A DNA stretch of 64,000 nt from Eledone cirrhosa (GCA_964016885.1 OZ024741.1:34472001-34536000), one strand, 5' to 3'; shown: positions 25,601-43,196, counted from the first letter of the stretch. Made by a program: numbers and translations. The notes: generated from the sequence alone by a model not told the origin.

Positions 25601-25653
25601 TTGTATAAAGGAGGTTTAGAAAAATGTTCATGCATTTCTTACCTATTAATATA

Positions 25654-25726
25654 AATTTCATGTTAACACAAGTAATTTCATGTTAACACTAGTAATTTCA
25701 TGTTAACACTAGTAATTTCATGTTAG
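25654..25726. repeat. 20-bp tandem repeat (aatttcatgttaacactagt) x ~3.5
   Basis: Direct reading. Confidence 0.85.
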
Positions 25727-25764
25727 CGCAACATTCTGTTGATTTTTCACAATTATCTTCAACA

Positions 25765-26706
25765 GAATTTCTTTCCTTAAAAAGTACCTAGCTAAAAGTA
25801 AGCCACTCTACCTGGCATTCTTCAATCTCGAGAAAGCCTTTGACAGAGTTCCCCGTGCTATAATCTGGTGGGCTCTTAGAAAACTAGGAGTAGATGAATG
25901 GCTTGTGAAAGCTGTACAAGCCATGTATAGGGGAGCAGTCAGCAAAGTTAGGATTAGCAATGAGTATAGCGAGGAATTTAGCGTACAGGTCGGTGTCCAC
26001 CAGGGCTCTGTTCTTAGCCCTCTCCTGTTCATCATAGTCCTGCAGGCAATAACGGAGGAGTTTAAGACCGGATGCCCATGGGAACTCCTGTATACAGATG
26101 ACCTCACACTTATAGCTGAATCTATGGTAGAACTAGACAAGAAATTCCAAACTTGGAAGCAGGGACTAGAAAGAAAGGGTCTCAAAGTCAACCTGACAAA
26201 GACTAAGGTCCTTGTAAGTAGACAAGAAAACAGAACCCAGATCCCCTCAGGGAAATGGCCTTGCTCAGTATGTAGGAAAGGTGTAGGTAGGAATTCCATT
26301 CTCTGCCTCAAATGCAAACAATGGGTACACAAGAGATGTAGCGGGATCTCAGGAAGCTTAATTAAGAATGTAGGCTTCACATATAGCAGCTGTGCTGGGA
26401 CAGCAAGCAACAAACAGTCACAAGAAACAAGTACCACCAATCTCTGGGAGGGCTCTGTAGAAACAGTAGACAGCTTCTGCTACCTAGGTAACCGAATTAG
26501 CAGCGGAGGTGGGTGTTCAGAAAGTACAATAACTAGGGTAAATGAGGTTGGTGTTACGAAGGGCATCCAGCTGTAGAAATCAAGCCAGAATCAGTTCCCG
26601 TATGAGCAAGACAAGGTCAGCCGACCGGACACTGCCCACAACAGGACAACCCGTCTAACCCATGCTAGCGTGGAAGAACAGACGTAAAATGGTGATGATG
26701 ATGATG
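25765..26706 (+). mobile_element. RTE LINE RT fragment with internal deletion and 3' (GAT)n tail
   Basis: [29 protein letters not shown] and FCYLG motifs (ORF 25905-26576). Confidence 0.9.
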
Positions 26707-27889
26707 AAAAAACCCATCCATTTTACTAAACATGAAGTTATTAACTAAACAAGTAAATTATCATACCACATGTAACAAATCCCATATCTAATCATACACA
26801 ACCTTGTCAGTTTTCAAATATTCTTCACCACTAAAGATTAATTAGATTTGAGTTGATTTTTTGACACATCTATAGATTATTGGTGATATACTAAAGTATT
26901 GTGACACAGAGTTTGGAAACCTCTACCATAAACTCTCTGACAATATCTACTCTCATGTTATTTTTCTACATTGATGTAGTAAGACTTTGTTTTTAAACTA
27001 CTTGTGGCTACATTGGTGACTTAATTATCAGCAGGGGAGGTTGCTCTGAGAGCATAATAGATAGACTAAGGATAGCATGGAAGAAGTTTAGAGAGCTACA
27101 CCTTCAGCTGACAACAGTTTCTTCCTATGTATGAAAGGATGGCTGTATGTAAATAAATTAAAATGAGACGTGTATAGAAAAAAGCAAGAAAGACAGTTTA
27201 AAAATTCCTATGGATTAAAAATTATCAAAATTCTGGAAAGATATATTTACATATGTATTTACTTGTTATTCTGTTGTTTGGTGCTATAATAGTGATCAAA
27301 TTGTGAAATATTATTCTGACCCTGAAATGAGGAACATTTGACTACCTCATTCAGGTGCATCATCCATTCATATAAATTCAATAGAGTTAATTACTTCATT
27401 TCATAAATACTTGTTACAGATACTTTCATTCCCACTATACTGTGACCAGTTAGAAACTGAAGCTAAATCTTACAATTAAATCACAATTGTCACAAATAAA
27501 CAATGAATCTTCATCACTTTTGAAGATGAGTGTTCCATTTATTCTATCAATGGAACATCCTGCTCATGAAATTCACACCTAATTGGTTGAGTGTTCCCCT
27601 GACACTGTACCCTTAATATAATTTAGCATGACATATTGTGTGTTAAGGTTGGCCCTTTGTATTACATCTGATGGGCTTTGAAACAGCTTCCTTCTACCAA
27701 ATTTTACTCACAAGACTTAATTCGACCTGAGGCTGCGATAAAGGATTATGATCAAACCCTGGACCTAATGATTATGAAGTGAACTCCTTAGCTATTTTGT
27801 ACCCACAGTAAATAAGAAAAGACATGAGTAATGTAGTCCTAGATGTACATGGCTGATGTTGGTAAATATATATGATAACAATAACTTTT

Positions 27890-28212
27890 AAAGGTACTCC
27901 GTCAGTTACTACGATGAGTGTTCCAGATGATCTGATCAACGGAACAGCCTGCTTATGAAATTAACGGGCAAGTGGCTGAGCATTCCAGAGACATGTGTAC
28001 ACTTAACATAGTTCTCAGGGAGATTCGGCTTGACATAGAATGTGACAAGGCTGGCCATTCGAACTACAGGTACAACTCCTTTTTTGCCAGCTGAGTAAAC
28101 GGGAGCAACATGAAATAAAATGTCTTGCTCAAGGACACAATGTACTGCCAGGAATCGAACTCACAACATCACAATCGTAAACCAAATACCCTAACCACAA
28201 AGCAACACACTT
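27890..28212 (-). mobile_element. tRNA-derived CORE-type SINE
   Basis: Minus strand has B-box gagttcgattcc followed by tgtgtccttgagcaagacattttatttcatgttgctc; related to 52706-53018. Confidence 0.75.
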
Positions 28213-28668
28213 TCAATAACTAAGACTGACACAAAGCCATCAATTTTGTGGGATGGGTTAAGTTGGTCTAATCATCCCCTGTACTTGAATATCAAACTCC
28301 AAAGTGATGAAATACAAAATTGAGCTGGGAGGGATTTGAACTCAGAATATAAAAGTAATAACTAAGTACTACAGGATAATAATTAAGGATAACATCACAT
28401 ATGTCATACACAGACATAAAAAAAAGAATCACTGCCAATTTTGGCAGACAATCATCATTGAGATATTTAATAAATTATTGAAGAAACTTCTTTACTGTAC
28501 CAGTTATTCTGCAAGACATAAGCCAGGGCAAGTTGTTTTGTGGAAGTCTAGCAATTTCCTTTCTATGCCAGTTATACCCCTTTACACCACCAATTTTATC
28601 CAAACTGAAGACAAATGGTTGATACAACTTGGCACCAGAGTTATTACAACTCATTTTTTTCCCCACCT

Positions 28669-31600
28669 GAGTGGACATGATCAATGTGAAATAAAGTGGA
28701 CATGATCAATGTGAAATAAAGTGGACATGATCTATGTGAAATAGAGTGGACATGATCAATGTGAAATAGAGTGGACATGATCAATGTGAAATAGAGTGGA
28801 CATGATCAATGTGAAATAAAGTGGACATGATCAATGTGAAAATAAAGTGGACATGATCAATGTGAAATAGAGTGGACATGATCAATGTGAAATAGAGTGG
28901 ACATGATCAATGTGAAATAAAGTGGACATGATCAATGTGAAATAAAGTGGACATGATCAATGTGAAATAGAGTGGACATGATCAATGTGAAATAGAGTGG
29001 ACATGATCAATGTGAAATAAAGTGGACATGATCAATGTGAAATAAAGTGGACATGATCAATGTGAAATAGAGTGGACATGATCAATGTGAAATAGAGTGG
29101 ACATGATCAATGTGAAATAAAGTGGACATGATCAATGTGAAATAGAGTGGACATGATCAATGTGAAATAGAGTGGACATGATCAATGTGAAATAAAGTGG
29201 ACATGATCAATGTGAAATAAAGTGGACATGATCAATGTGAAATAGAGTGGACATGATCAATGTGAAATAGAGTGGACATGATCAATGTGAAATAGAGTGG
29301 ACATGATCAATGTGAAATAGAGTGGACATGATCAATGTGAAATAAAGTGGACATGATCAATGTGAAATAGAGTGGACATGATCAATGTGAAATAGAGTGG
29401 ACATGATCAATGTGAAATAGAGTGGACATGATCAATGTGAAATAGAGTGGGCATGATCAATGTGAAATAGAGTGGACATGATCAATGTGAGATAGAGTGG
29501 ACATGATCAATGTGAAATAGAGTGGACATGATCAATGTGAAATAGAGTGGACATGATCAATGTGAAATAAAGTGGACATGATCAATGTGAAATAGAGTGG
29601 ACATGATCAATGTGAAATAGAGTGGACATGATCAATGTGAAATAAAGTGGACATGATCAATGTGAAATAAAGTGGACATGATCAATGTGAAATAGAGTGG
29701 ACATGATCAATGTGAAATAGAGTGGACATGATCAATGTGAAATAAAGTGGACATGATCAATGTGAAATAAAGTGGACATGATCAATGTGAAATAGAGTGG
29801 ACATGATCAATGTGAAATAGAGTGGACATGATCAATGTGAAATAGAGTGGACATGATCAATGTTAAATAAAGTGGACATGATCACTGTGAAATAGAGTGG
29901 ACATGATCAATGTGAAATAAAGTGGACATGATCAATGTGAAATAGAGTGGACATGATCAATGTGAAATAGAGTGGACATGATCAATGTGAAATAGAGTGG
30001 ACATGATCAATGTGAGATAGAGTGGACATGATCAATGTGAAATAGAGTGGACATGATCAATGTGAAATAGAGTGGACATGATCAATGTGAAATAGAGTGG
30101 ACATGATCAATGTGAAATAAAGTGGACATGATCAATGTGAAATAGAGTGGACATGATCAATGTGAAATAAAGTGGACATGATCAATGTGAAATAAAGTGG
30201 ACATGATCAATGTGAAAATAAAGTGGACATGATCAATGTGAAATAGAGTGGACATGATCAATGTGAAATAGAGTGGACATGATCAATGTGAAATAAAGTG
30301 GACATGATCAATGTGAAATAAAGTGGACATGATCAATGTGAAATAGAGTGGACATGATCAATGTGAAATAGAGTGGACATGATCAATGTGAAATAAAGTG
30401 GACATGATCAATGTGAAATAAAGTGGACATGATCAATGTGAAATAAAGTGGACATGATCAATGTGAAATAGAGTGGACATGATCAATGTGAAATAGAGTG
30501 GACATGGTCAATGTGAAATAGAGTGGACATGATCAATGTGAAATAGAGTGGACATGATCAATGTGAAATAGAGTGGACATGGTCAATGTGAAATAGAGTG
30601 GACATGATCAATGTGAAATAGAGTGGACATGATCAATGTGAAATAAAGTGGACATGATCAATGTGAAATAAAGTGGACATGATCAATGTGAAATAGAGTG
30701 GACATGATCAATGTGAAATAGAGTGGACATGGTCAATGTGAAATAGAGTGGACATGATCAATGTGAAATAGAGTGGACATGGTCAATGTGAAATAGAGTG
30801 GACATGATCAATGTGAAATAGAGTGGACATGATCAATGTGAAATAAAGTGGACATGATCAATGTGAAATAGAGTGGACATGATCAATGTGAAATAGAGTG
30901 GACATGATCAATGTGAAATAAAGTGGACATGATCAATGTGAAATAAAGTGGACATGATCAATGTGAAATAGAGTGGACATGATCAATGTGAAATAGAGTG
31001 GACATGATCAATGTGAAATAAAGTGGACATGATCAATGTGAAATAGAGTGGACATTATCAATGTGAAATAGAGTGGACATGATCAATGTGAAATAAAGTG
31101 GACATGATCAATGTGAAATAAAGTGGACATGATCAATGTGAAATAGAGTGGACATGATCAATGTGAAATAGAGTGGACATGATCAATGTGAAATAGAGTG
31201 GACATGATCAATGTGAAATAGAGTGGACATGATCAATGTGAAATAAAGTGGACATGATCAATGTGAAATAGAGTGGACATGATCAATGTGAAATAAAGTG
31301 GACATGATCAATGTGAAATAGAGTGGACATGATCAATGTGAAATAGAGTGGACATGATCAATGTGAAATAGAGTGGACATGATCAATGTGAGATAGAGTG
31401 GACATGATCAATGTGAAATAGAGTGGACATGATCAATGTGAAATAGAGTGGACATGATCAATGTGAAATAGAGTGGACATGATCAATGTGAAATAAAGTG
31501 GACATGATCAATGTGAAATAGAGTGGACATGATCAATGTGAAATAAAGTGGACATGATCAATGTGAAATAGAGTGGACATGATCAATGTGAAATAGAGTG

Positions 31601-33274
31601 GACATGATCAATGTGAAATAGAGTGGACATGATCAATGTGAAATAGAGTGGACATGATCAATGTGAAATAAAGTGGACATGATCAATGTGAAATAGAGTG
31701 GACATGATCAATGTGAAATAAAGTGGACATGATCAATGTGAAATAAAGTGGACATGATCAATGTGAAATAGAGTGGACATGATCAATGTGAAATAGAGTG
31801 GACATGATCAATGTGAAATAGAGTGGACATGATCAATGTGAAATAGAGTGGACATGATCAATGTGAAATAGAGTGGACATGATCAATGTGAAATAGAGTG
31901 GACATGATCAATGTGAAATAAAGTGGACATGATCAATGTGAAATAGAGTGGACATGATCAATGTGAAATAGAGTGGACATGATCAATGTGAAATAAAGTG
32001 GACATGATCAATGTGAAATAGAGTGGACATGATCAATGTGAAATAGAGTGGACATGGTCAATGTGAAATAGAGTGGACATGATCAATGTGAAATAGAGTG
32101 GACATGATCAATGTGAAATAGAGTGGACATGGTCAATGTGAAATAGAGTGGACATGATCAATGTGAAATAGAGTGGACATGATCAATGTGAAATAAAGTG
32201 GACATGATCAATGTGAAATAGAGTGGACATGATCAATGTGAAATAGAGTGGACATGATCAATGTGAAATAGAGTGGACATGGTCAATGTGAAATAGAGTG
32301 GACATGATCAATGTGAAATAGAGTGGACATGATCAATGTGAAATAAAGTGGACATGATCAATGTGAAATAAAGTGGACATGATCAATGTGAAATAGAGTG
32401 GACATGATCAATGTGAAATAGAGTGGACATGATCAATGTGAAATAGAGTGGACATGATCAATGTGAAATAGAGTGGACATGATCAATGTGAAATAGAGTG
32501 GACATGATCAGTGTGAAATAGAGTGGACATGATCAGTGTGAAATAAAGTGGACATGATCAATGTGAAATAGAGTGGACATGATCAATGTGAAATAGAGTG
32601 GACATGATCAATGTGAAATAGAGTGGACATGATCAATGTGAAATAGAGTGGACATGGTCAATGTGAAATAGAGTGGACATGGTCAATGTGAAATAGAGTG
32701 GACATGGTCAATGTGAAATAGAGTGGACATGATCAATGTGAAATAGAGTGGACATGGTCAATGTGAAATAGAGTGGACATGATCAATGTGAAATAGAGTG
32801 GACATGATCAATGTGAAATAGAGTGGACATGGTCAATGTGAAATAGAGTGGACATGGTCAATGTGAAATAGAGTGGACATGGTCAATGTGAAATAGAGTG
32901 GACATGATCAATGTGAAATAGAGTGGACATGGTCAATGTGAAATAGAGTGGACATGATCAATGTGAAATAAAGTGGACATGATCAATGTGAAATAGAGTG
33001 GACATGATCAATGTGAAATAGAGAGGACATGATCAATGTGAAATAGAGTGGGCATGATCAATGTGAAATAAAGTGGACATAATCAATGTGAAATAGAGTG
33101 GACATGATCAATGTGAAATAGAGAAGACATGATCAATGTGAAATAGAGTGGGCATGATCATGTCCACTTTATTTCACATGATCAATGTGAAATAGAGTGG
33201 ACATGATCAATGTGAAATAAAGTGGACATGATCAATGTGAAATAGAGTGGACATGATCAATGTGAAATAAAGTG
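28669..33274. repeat. 25-bp minisatellite (agtggacatgatcaatgtgaaata[g/a]), about 180 copies
   Basis: Highly homogeneous tandem array over 4.6 kb. Confidence 0.99.
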
Positions 33275-33340
33275 TCTTCTTGTTCAAGCAAAATATTATT
33301 GGAGAGAAAAGTGAAGAGAATATAGAAGAGCATGCATGTA

Positions 33341-33390
<50 letters not shown>

Positions 33391-33398
<8 letters not shown>

Positions 33399-33588
33399 TA
33401 TAGCTATCGCCGTATTTTGACTAAAGAAATTATTTAGCCTGATAGTGGGGTTAAGAACCCTTGGAGAAATGGAAAAAGATGAGTATTGACGTACATGTAC
33501 CTCAATACTCATCTTTTTCCATTTCTCCGAGGGTTATTAATTTCTTTAATTTCTTTAGTCAAAATCGGCGATAGCTTATATTTCTAAT
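33391..33588. repeat. ~200-bp imperfect palindrome centred on gtacatgtac, abutting (TA)n
   Basis: attagaaatatagctatcgccg ... cggcgatagcttatatttctaat. Confidence 0.85.
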
Positions 33589-33714
33589 TTCAAACCCGCT
33601 CGCTGTTTCGAAAATATTCTTACTTGATATATATATATATATTTTTTTTTATTCCGGGTTCAATCGGGGGTAACCACAGTAATTTACTCAATACAAAGCA
33701 CAGTATAAATATTT

Positions 33715-33843
33715 AATATAGAAAAGGCTTCTACAAAACTAGAACTCTTTCATTCGGAAGAAATAATCAGGAAGCTTATGATGATTTCCTGATGATTTCT
33801 CCCGAATGAAACAGTTCTAGTCATGTAGAAGCCTTTTCTATAT

Positions 33844-33844
<1 letters not shown>
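33715..33844. mobile_element. Short palindromic PLE-type element with inverted hammerhead pair
   Basis: Arms aatatagaaaaggcttctaca / tgtagaagccttttctatatt; followed by (TA)n. Confidence 0.7.
33785..33831 (+). ncRNA. Type-I hammerhead motif (mirror copy on the minus strand is degenerate)
   Basis: tttc CTGATGA tttctcccgaat GAAAC a gttctagtca t GTA gaag; stem II is short and weak. Confidence 0.55.
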
Positions 33845-33928
<84 letters not shown>

Positions 33929-34064
33929 TAGAAAGTGAGGTTTATTTTACAAAATGAAAAATAACCGAGGTGTCCTACACGAGTGAAAGTATAAAGAAAA
34001 AAAGATGAAATCGAAAATGCAACTGGAGTCTTATTTTTAAAAAAAATATATATTTATTTTGTTC

Positions 34065-34100
34065 CTTTACCGGTTTCGCAGTTCTTCTGCTTTTCAAAAG
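34065..34100 (-). ncRNA. Minimal hammerhead with U3-A8 variant core
   Basis: Minus strand reads ctt TTGAAAA gcag aagaa ctgc GAAA c cg g TA aag, with AATAAA just downstream. Confidence 0.55.
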
Positions 34101-34150
34101 TAGAGTTGAGATGGAGGGTCTGTGGTTTTTCTCACACACACACACACACA

Positions 34151-34196
<46 letters not shown>

Positions 34197-34498
34197 GTAC
34201 TTGGTTTAGGACAGTACTTGATTTAGGAGTTGCAGAAACCCAAATGCTGGATTTTACCAACCATCCAGGGTTCCGGGTAAATTTTTTTATTACATATTTT
34301 TTTTACTTGTTTGACCCGAATTACTTGGTCGTTTCTATGGCTGTGCGGATGACGGTTTAACCATCGTCTCAGTGTGTTTGGCCTTTTAACGTATGTTGTA
34401 GCTCTGGTTCGTCAGAATTATTGAGCGCTTGCCACACATCTCGGAAGTTGTTTTTCGCTAATTCCAAAGCCGAAATACGATTCTCGCTAATTTATATT

Positions 34499-34549
<51 letters not shown>

Positions 34550-34551
<2 letters not shown>

Positions 34552-34845
34552 TGTCCTAAGACTGGCATTAATTAATGGATAGTGGTCATGTAGGTCCCAT
34601 GACAAAAAAGCACCCAGTCCACACTGTAAGGTGGTCGTGTAGGCGCCCACAATAAAAGAGCACCCAGTACTCACTGTAAATGAGATTCGTGTTTCTACAG
34701 CTGGATAGCTGTAGAAATCAAGCCAGAATCAGTTCTGTATGAGCTAGACATGGTCACCTGACCTGGCATTGCCCACAACATGACAACCCGTCTAATCCAT
34801 GCTACGTGGAAGAATGGATGTAATACAGTGATGATGATGATGATG
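34550..34845 (+). mobile_element. SINE/RTE 3' tail fragment ending (GAT)n
   Basis: Similar to 26570-26706. Confidence 0.7.
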
Positions 34846-35112
34846 TTATATATATATATCATCATCATCATCGTTTAACATCCATCTTCAACGCTAGCAT
34901 AGGTTATACGGTTATATATATATATATTTACTATACATACTCGAATATAAGCTGACCCACTATTTTATGTCTGAGAAATGGGGAAAAATCCAAACCTTAT
35001 TTATGTAGAATTTGTAGTTGGGGAAAATCGTCAAAATATTAATTCTGAATATAAGCAGATCCCCTTTCATTGATTTTTCGGTCCCATATTCCTCGGCTTA
35101 TATTCGCATATA

Positions 35113-35253
<141 letters not shown>

Positions 35254-35319
35254 TATATGTATATATATATATATATATACATATATATATGTATATATAT
35301 ATTTATATATATACATATA

Positions 35320-36400
35320 GTTGCTGAGATGCTGAAGGCATCAGGGGATGTAGGCACTAAACTGGTTACACGCATCATTAATCAAGCTATATATTGCGGT
35401 GTCATACCCAAATACTGGTGCAGCAGTATTCTCATAAATTACTACAAAGGTAAAGGGGATGCTCTGGAGAGGAGCAATTATAGGGGCATAAAACTGATGG
35501 ATCAGGTTATGAAAGTAGCAGAAAGAATATTAGCACAACTAATTAGAGAAATGGTCAAATTAGATGAGATGCAGTTTGGTTTTGTGCCTCGGAAAAGTAT
35601 AACAGATGCCCTCTTCTTAGTGAGACAACTACAAGAGAGGTTCTTAGAGAAGAATAAGTCACTATACTTAGCTTTTGTTGACCTAGAGAAGGCCTTTGAT
35701 AGGGTACCCCGATCTGTCATCTGGTGGTCCCTAAGGAAACTAGGTGTAGAGGAATGGCTTGTGAGGACAGTGCAAGCTATGTACAGAGGTGCTGACAGTA
35801 AAGTGAGAGTAGGAATGGAGTTTAGTGAGGAATTCCAGATACAAGTAGGAGTACATCAGGGTTCGGTCCTCAGCCTGCTCTTGTTCATTATAGTCCTCCA
35901 AGCCATAATAGAGGAGTTTAAGACTGGCTGCCCGTGAGAACTTCTCTATACTTATGATCTGGTTCTTATAGCAGAATCAGTAGAGGAGCTAGAGAAGAAA
36001 TTCTGGCTATGGAAACATCAGTTGGAATCAAGAGGACTGAGAGTGAACATAGCTAAGATGAAAGTGTTGATGAGTAGAAAAGAGGACAAAACTCTGATTC
36101 CATCAGGGAAATGGCCATGTTCGATATGTAGAAAAGGAACTGGCATAAATTCTATAAAATGTACACAAGAGATGTAGTGGGATAGCAGGCAAACTAACAG
36201 GTAGGGAAAACTACATATGCAGTAGATGTACAGGGGAATTTGACAGTAGAAGTTGCAGTGATAGACACATTTTTCAAATGCAGGTAGGTTCTATAGAGGT
36301 GGTTGATAGCTTCCGGTGCCTAGGTGATTAGATTAGCATGGGAGGGGGGTGTTTCGAAGCCATAGTATCTAGAATAAGGATGGTTTGGAAGAAGTTTAGG
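35320..36400 (+). mobile_element. RTE LINE RT fragment
   Basis: ORF 35257-35937 has [31 protein letters not shown] and GVHQGSVLS; stops and deletions downstream. Confidence 0.92.
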
Positions 36401-36559
36401 CCAGCCAATATCCCAGTGCATTAGTGGTACTTTATTTTATCGACCCCATAAGGATGAAAGGCAAAGTTAACTTCGGCGGGATTTGAACTCAGATCATAAA
36501 GGGAGGTAACTCTATGCTTCAAAGCATGGCGCCCGACCCTCTACCGATACTGCCAATCC
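36399..36559 (-). mobile_element. Nin-like tRNA SINE copy
   Basis: Matches 18806-18964. Confidence 0.85.
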
Positions 36560-40730
<4,171 letters not shown>

Positions 40731-40749
40731 CACGCGCGCGCGCGCGCGC

Positions 40750-41085
40750 GGGCTGGCGCAGGAAAGACTTGTCTATCTCGGAGTGGGAGGTAAGTGTGGA
40801 TGTGAGGCCAGACAATTCATAGAGCCTCTTTCGTCACCTCATCTCCTAGTGAAGCTGGACATGTGTAACACCTTCATCAGCTTTAGGCGGGATCACGTTT
40901 GAGAAACATGTGTAAGATATTCCCTCTCAATGAACTCTCTCCCACATCTCTTATGTAACACTCAATACAATCATGGCTGATGACAAGCGGATCACCTCTG
41001 CACGAGTGTTCAACAAGGGGACCCACTCGTCTCGCTTCTTTTCTCACTGGTTGTTGATGAGATCACCCACTCTGTCTGTTTGACT
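40750..41085 (+). mobile_element. Degenerate CRE-like RT fragment
   Basis: GCEA, VKLDMCNTFISFRRDHV and QQGDPLVSLLFSLV readable across frameshifts. Confidence 0.7.
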
Positions 41086-41405
41086 TCAAAGATACTCGCA
41101 GTCGACTATTTGTTTAGTATATTAACAACAAATATGACTTACACTCCAATCAAAATCGAAATGGTCTTTCCGACAACTTTCCGCCCTCTTTTTTCTACAA
41201 AGCTAGTCATTTTCGATAGGTTTCCATGTTATAATCATTGAGAATATGTGCAAAACATAGTTATTTGCGAGCAACTTTGATGTCAGATTGGGTGGTAAGC
41301 ACACAAAAAGTACAAATAAAATAAAATAAAATAAAGGAAGAACATTTTCCACACTGAGATCAATAGCATGATGTGATGTAGTATGGTGTTGTTTGGTTTG
41401 GTGTA
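41084..41405 (+). repeat. Isolated partial copy of the 1-6350 satellite
   Basis: ctacaaagctagtcattttcg...gtcagattgggtggtaagcacac. Confidence 0.85.
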
Positions 41406-42009
41406 GTAATGACAAATTGGTAGAGTCATTAGAACATCTGATAAAATGCTTTATAGTATTCCTTCTGGCTTTCTGCACTCTGAGTTCAAATCCCACCGAG
41501 GGTGACAGAAAAATACCAGTGTAGTACTGGGGTCAATTCTTCTTCTATATTTCTTTCTCACTTCCTTTCTCTCACTTTCTATCCTTCTCATTATTTATCC
41601 TTCCCTGGAAGAAATCTGCTGTGTTCAAACTTGAAGAGTCTGGTATGTTTTAAAATGCCCAAGACATGCTGTATGTTATTATGACACCTCCTACAATTTT
41701 AACAGTGGAAAACTACATTCTACATTACAAAGATTGACATTTCTCTTTAGAGTCAGAAAATACAAGTGTTAAATCTCTACAAAATTCAGATAACATGCTC
41801 ACCCTCAATAGTATAATGTATGGTCAGTAGTGTAGCAAGGTGGGGGAAGTGGGGTGCACCTTGGAGTGATGCATACGATCTTTGTAAAAATACCATATTT
41901 ATTATAGAAGGGGAGCACTAAAGCCTAGCAGTAAACAGCTAACCCCTAAATGCAAAAAATTGATTCACATGCACTAACAAATCTTTGAACTTTCTGGACA
42001 CGATATATC

Positions 42010-42140
42010 ATGATGGGGTGGAATGACTCTGCCCAGGTAACGGACCTCGTCAGCATCTACCCCCTTTACAGACTTAGAGAGGAAATCCCAGCAACACAGG
42101 AAGGTTTATATAGAGACGACTTAATTTCCTCCCTCAACCC
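42010..42140 (+). mobile_element. Penelope-like (Neptune-type) RT remnant
   Basis: One frame reads MGWNDSAQVTDLVSIYPLYRL...EGLYRDDL, resembling the MGSYDGAEVCELVG...GLYRDD motif of Neptune-type PLE RTs. Confidence 0.7.
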
Positions 42141-42370
42141 TAATAATACCCCCTATTAGCTATTTTCTATAGACTAGTCAAGATCTTTTAATTAAAAAAT
42201 GTTTCTCTTTCTTTCCTTCTTCCCCGTGACACTAGACCACTGCAGCTTATAATTGATGACTTAATTGAACACTGTACGCCTTGATTCCCAATACACTACT
42301 TAACATCTACTCTATCTATATCACTTAACTTTGGCAGGTTATAATTTAATTTTAAAATATACTAGTTTCG

Positions 42371-42716
42371 CGTTATCTTTTCCATTACATATGTTAAATT
42401 ATATTTTAGTTAATGTTTATATTGAATATTTTTAGTTAGTTACAGTAATGGATTGTAAATTGGTCTTATTGTATTCTTATTCATGGATTAGAGTTGTTCT
42501 ACAGCGAGTTTTTCTAACGGTTTAATTTCCGGAAGTGAGTATGAGATCCAAAATTAAGGGGAGCTAATGCGTAAGGGGAGGTAACTAGCTAATTAAATTA
42601 AATTAAATTAAATTATATAGGAAAGTATCAATTATTTAAATACTTTGCTCTAATTAAAAACATTCAATATAAACATTAACTAAAATATAATTTAACGTAT
42701 GTAATGGAAAAGATAA
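42371..42716. repeat. ~55-bp inverted repeat with ~230-bp spacer
   Basis: gttatcttttccattacatatgttaaattatattttagttaatgtttatattgaat versus its reverse complement at 42662-42717. Confidence 0.85.
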
Positions 42717-43196
42717 CAATAACTTTGATACTCTCAACACATACACATTTGAACACTACAGAAACAAACATCACACTACATCCACCATAAATTTTAATAC
42801 ACTAACACCTTTGCTTGATATGCTTGTATACCTGTGTTATTTTATGTGATACCTTTGCCATACAGTATTTATATATGCCTAATACCTTTGCTTGTTTCCT
42901 TCATATATATGACTAATGCATGTGCACTCTCTACACGCTTGCATATGTACTGCTGGTGTTCTCATTCTTCCTCAATTCCTCTTTAATTCTTAGACTATTC
43001 CCTTGTATTATCTGTCGCATGTATTCCACTCTGTGCTTTTAATTTTAATTTTAATTATTGTACAATTCTCGTATTATATAAGTCGCATCCATTCCACCCT
43101 GTAAATGCGAAACTGTTGTTCACAACATCAATATATATGTATCTATATGATTGTTCAGTTTAATAGGAGGTTAATTATATGTACAAACTTTGCTAA

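Noticed and set aside
28669-33274. CRISPR-like array
   Set aside because: Units are contiguous with no unique spacers, there are no cas genes, the context is eukaryotic, and the unit derives from a SINE.
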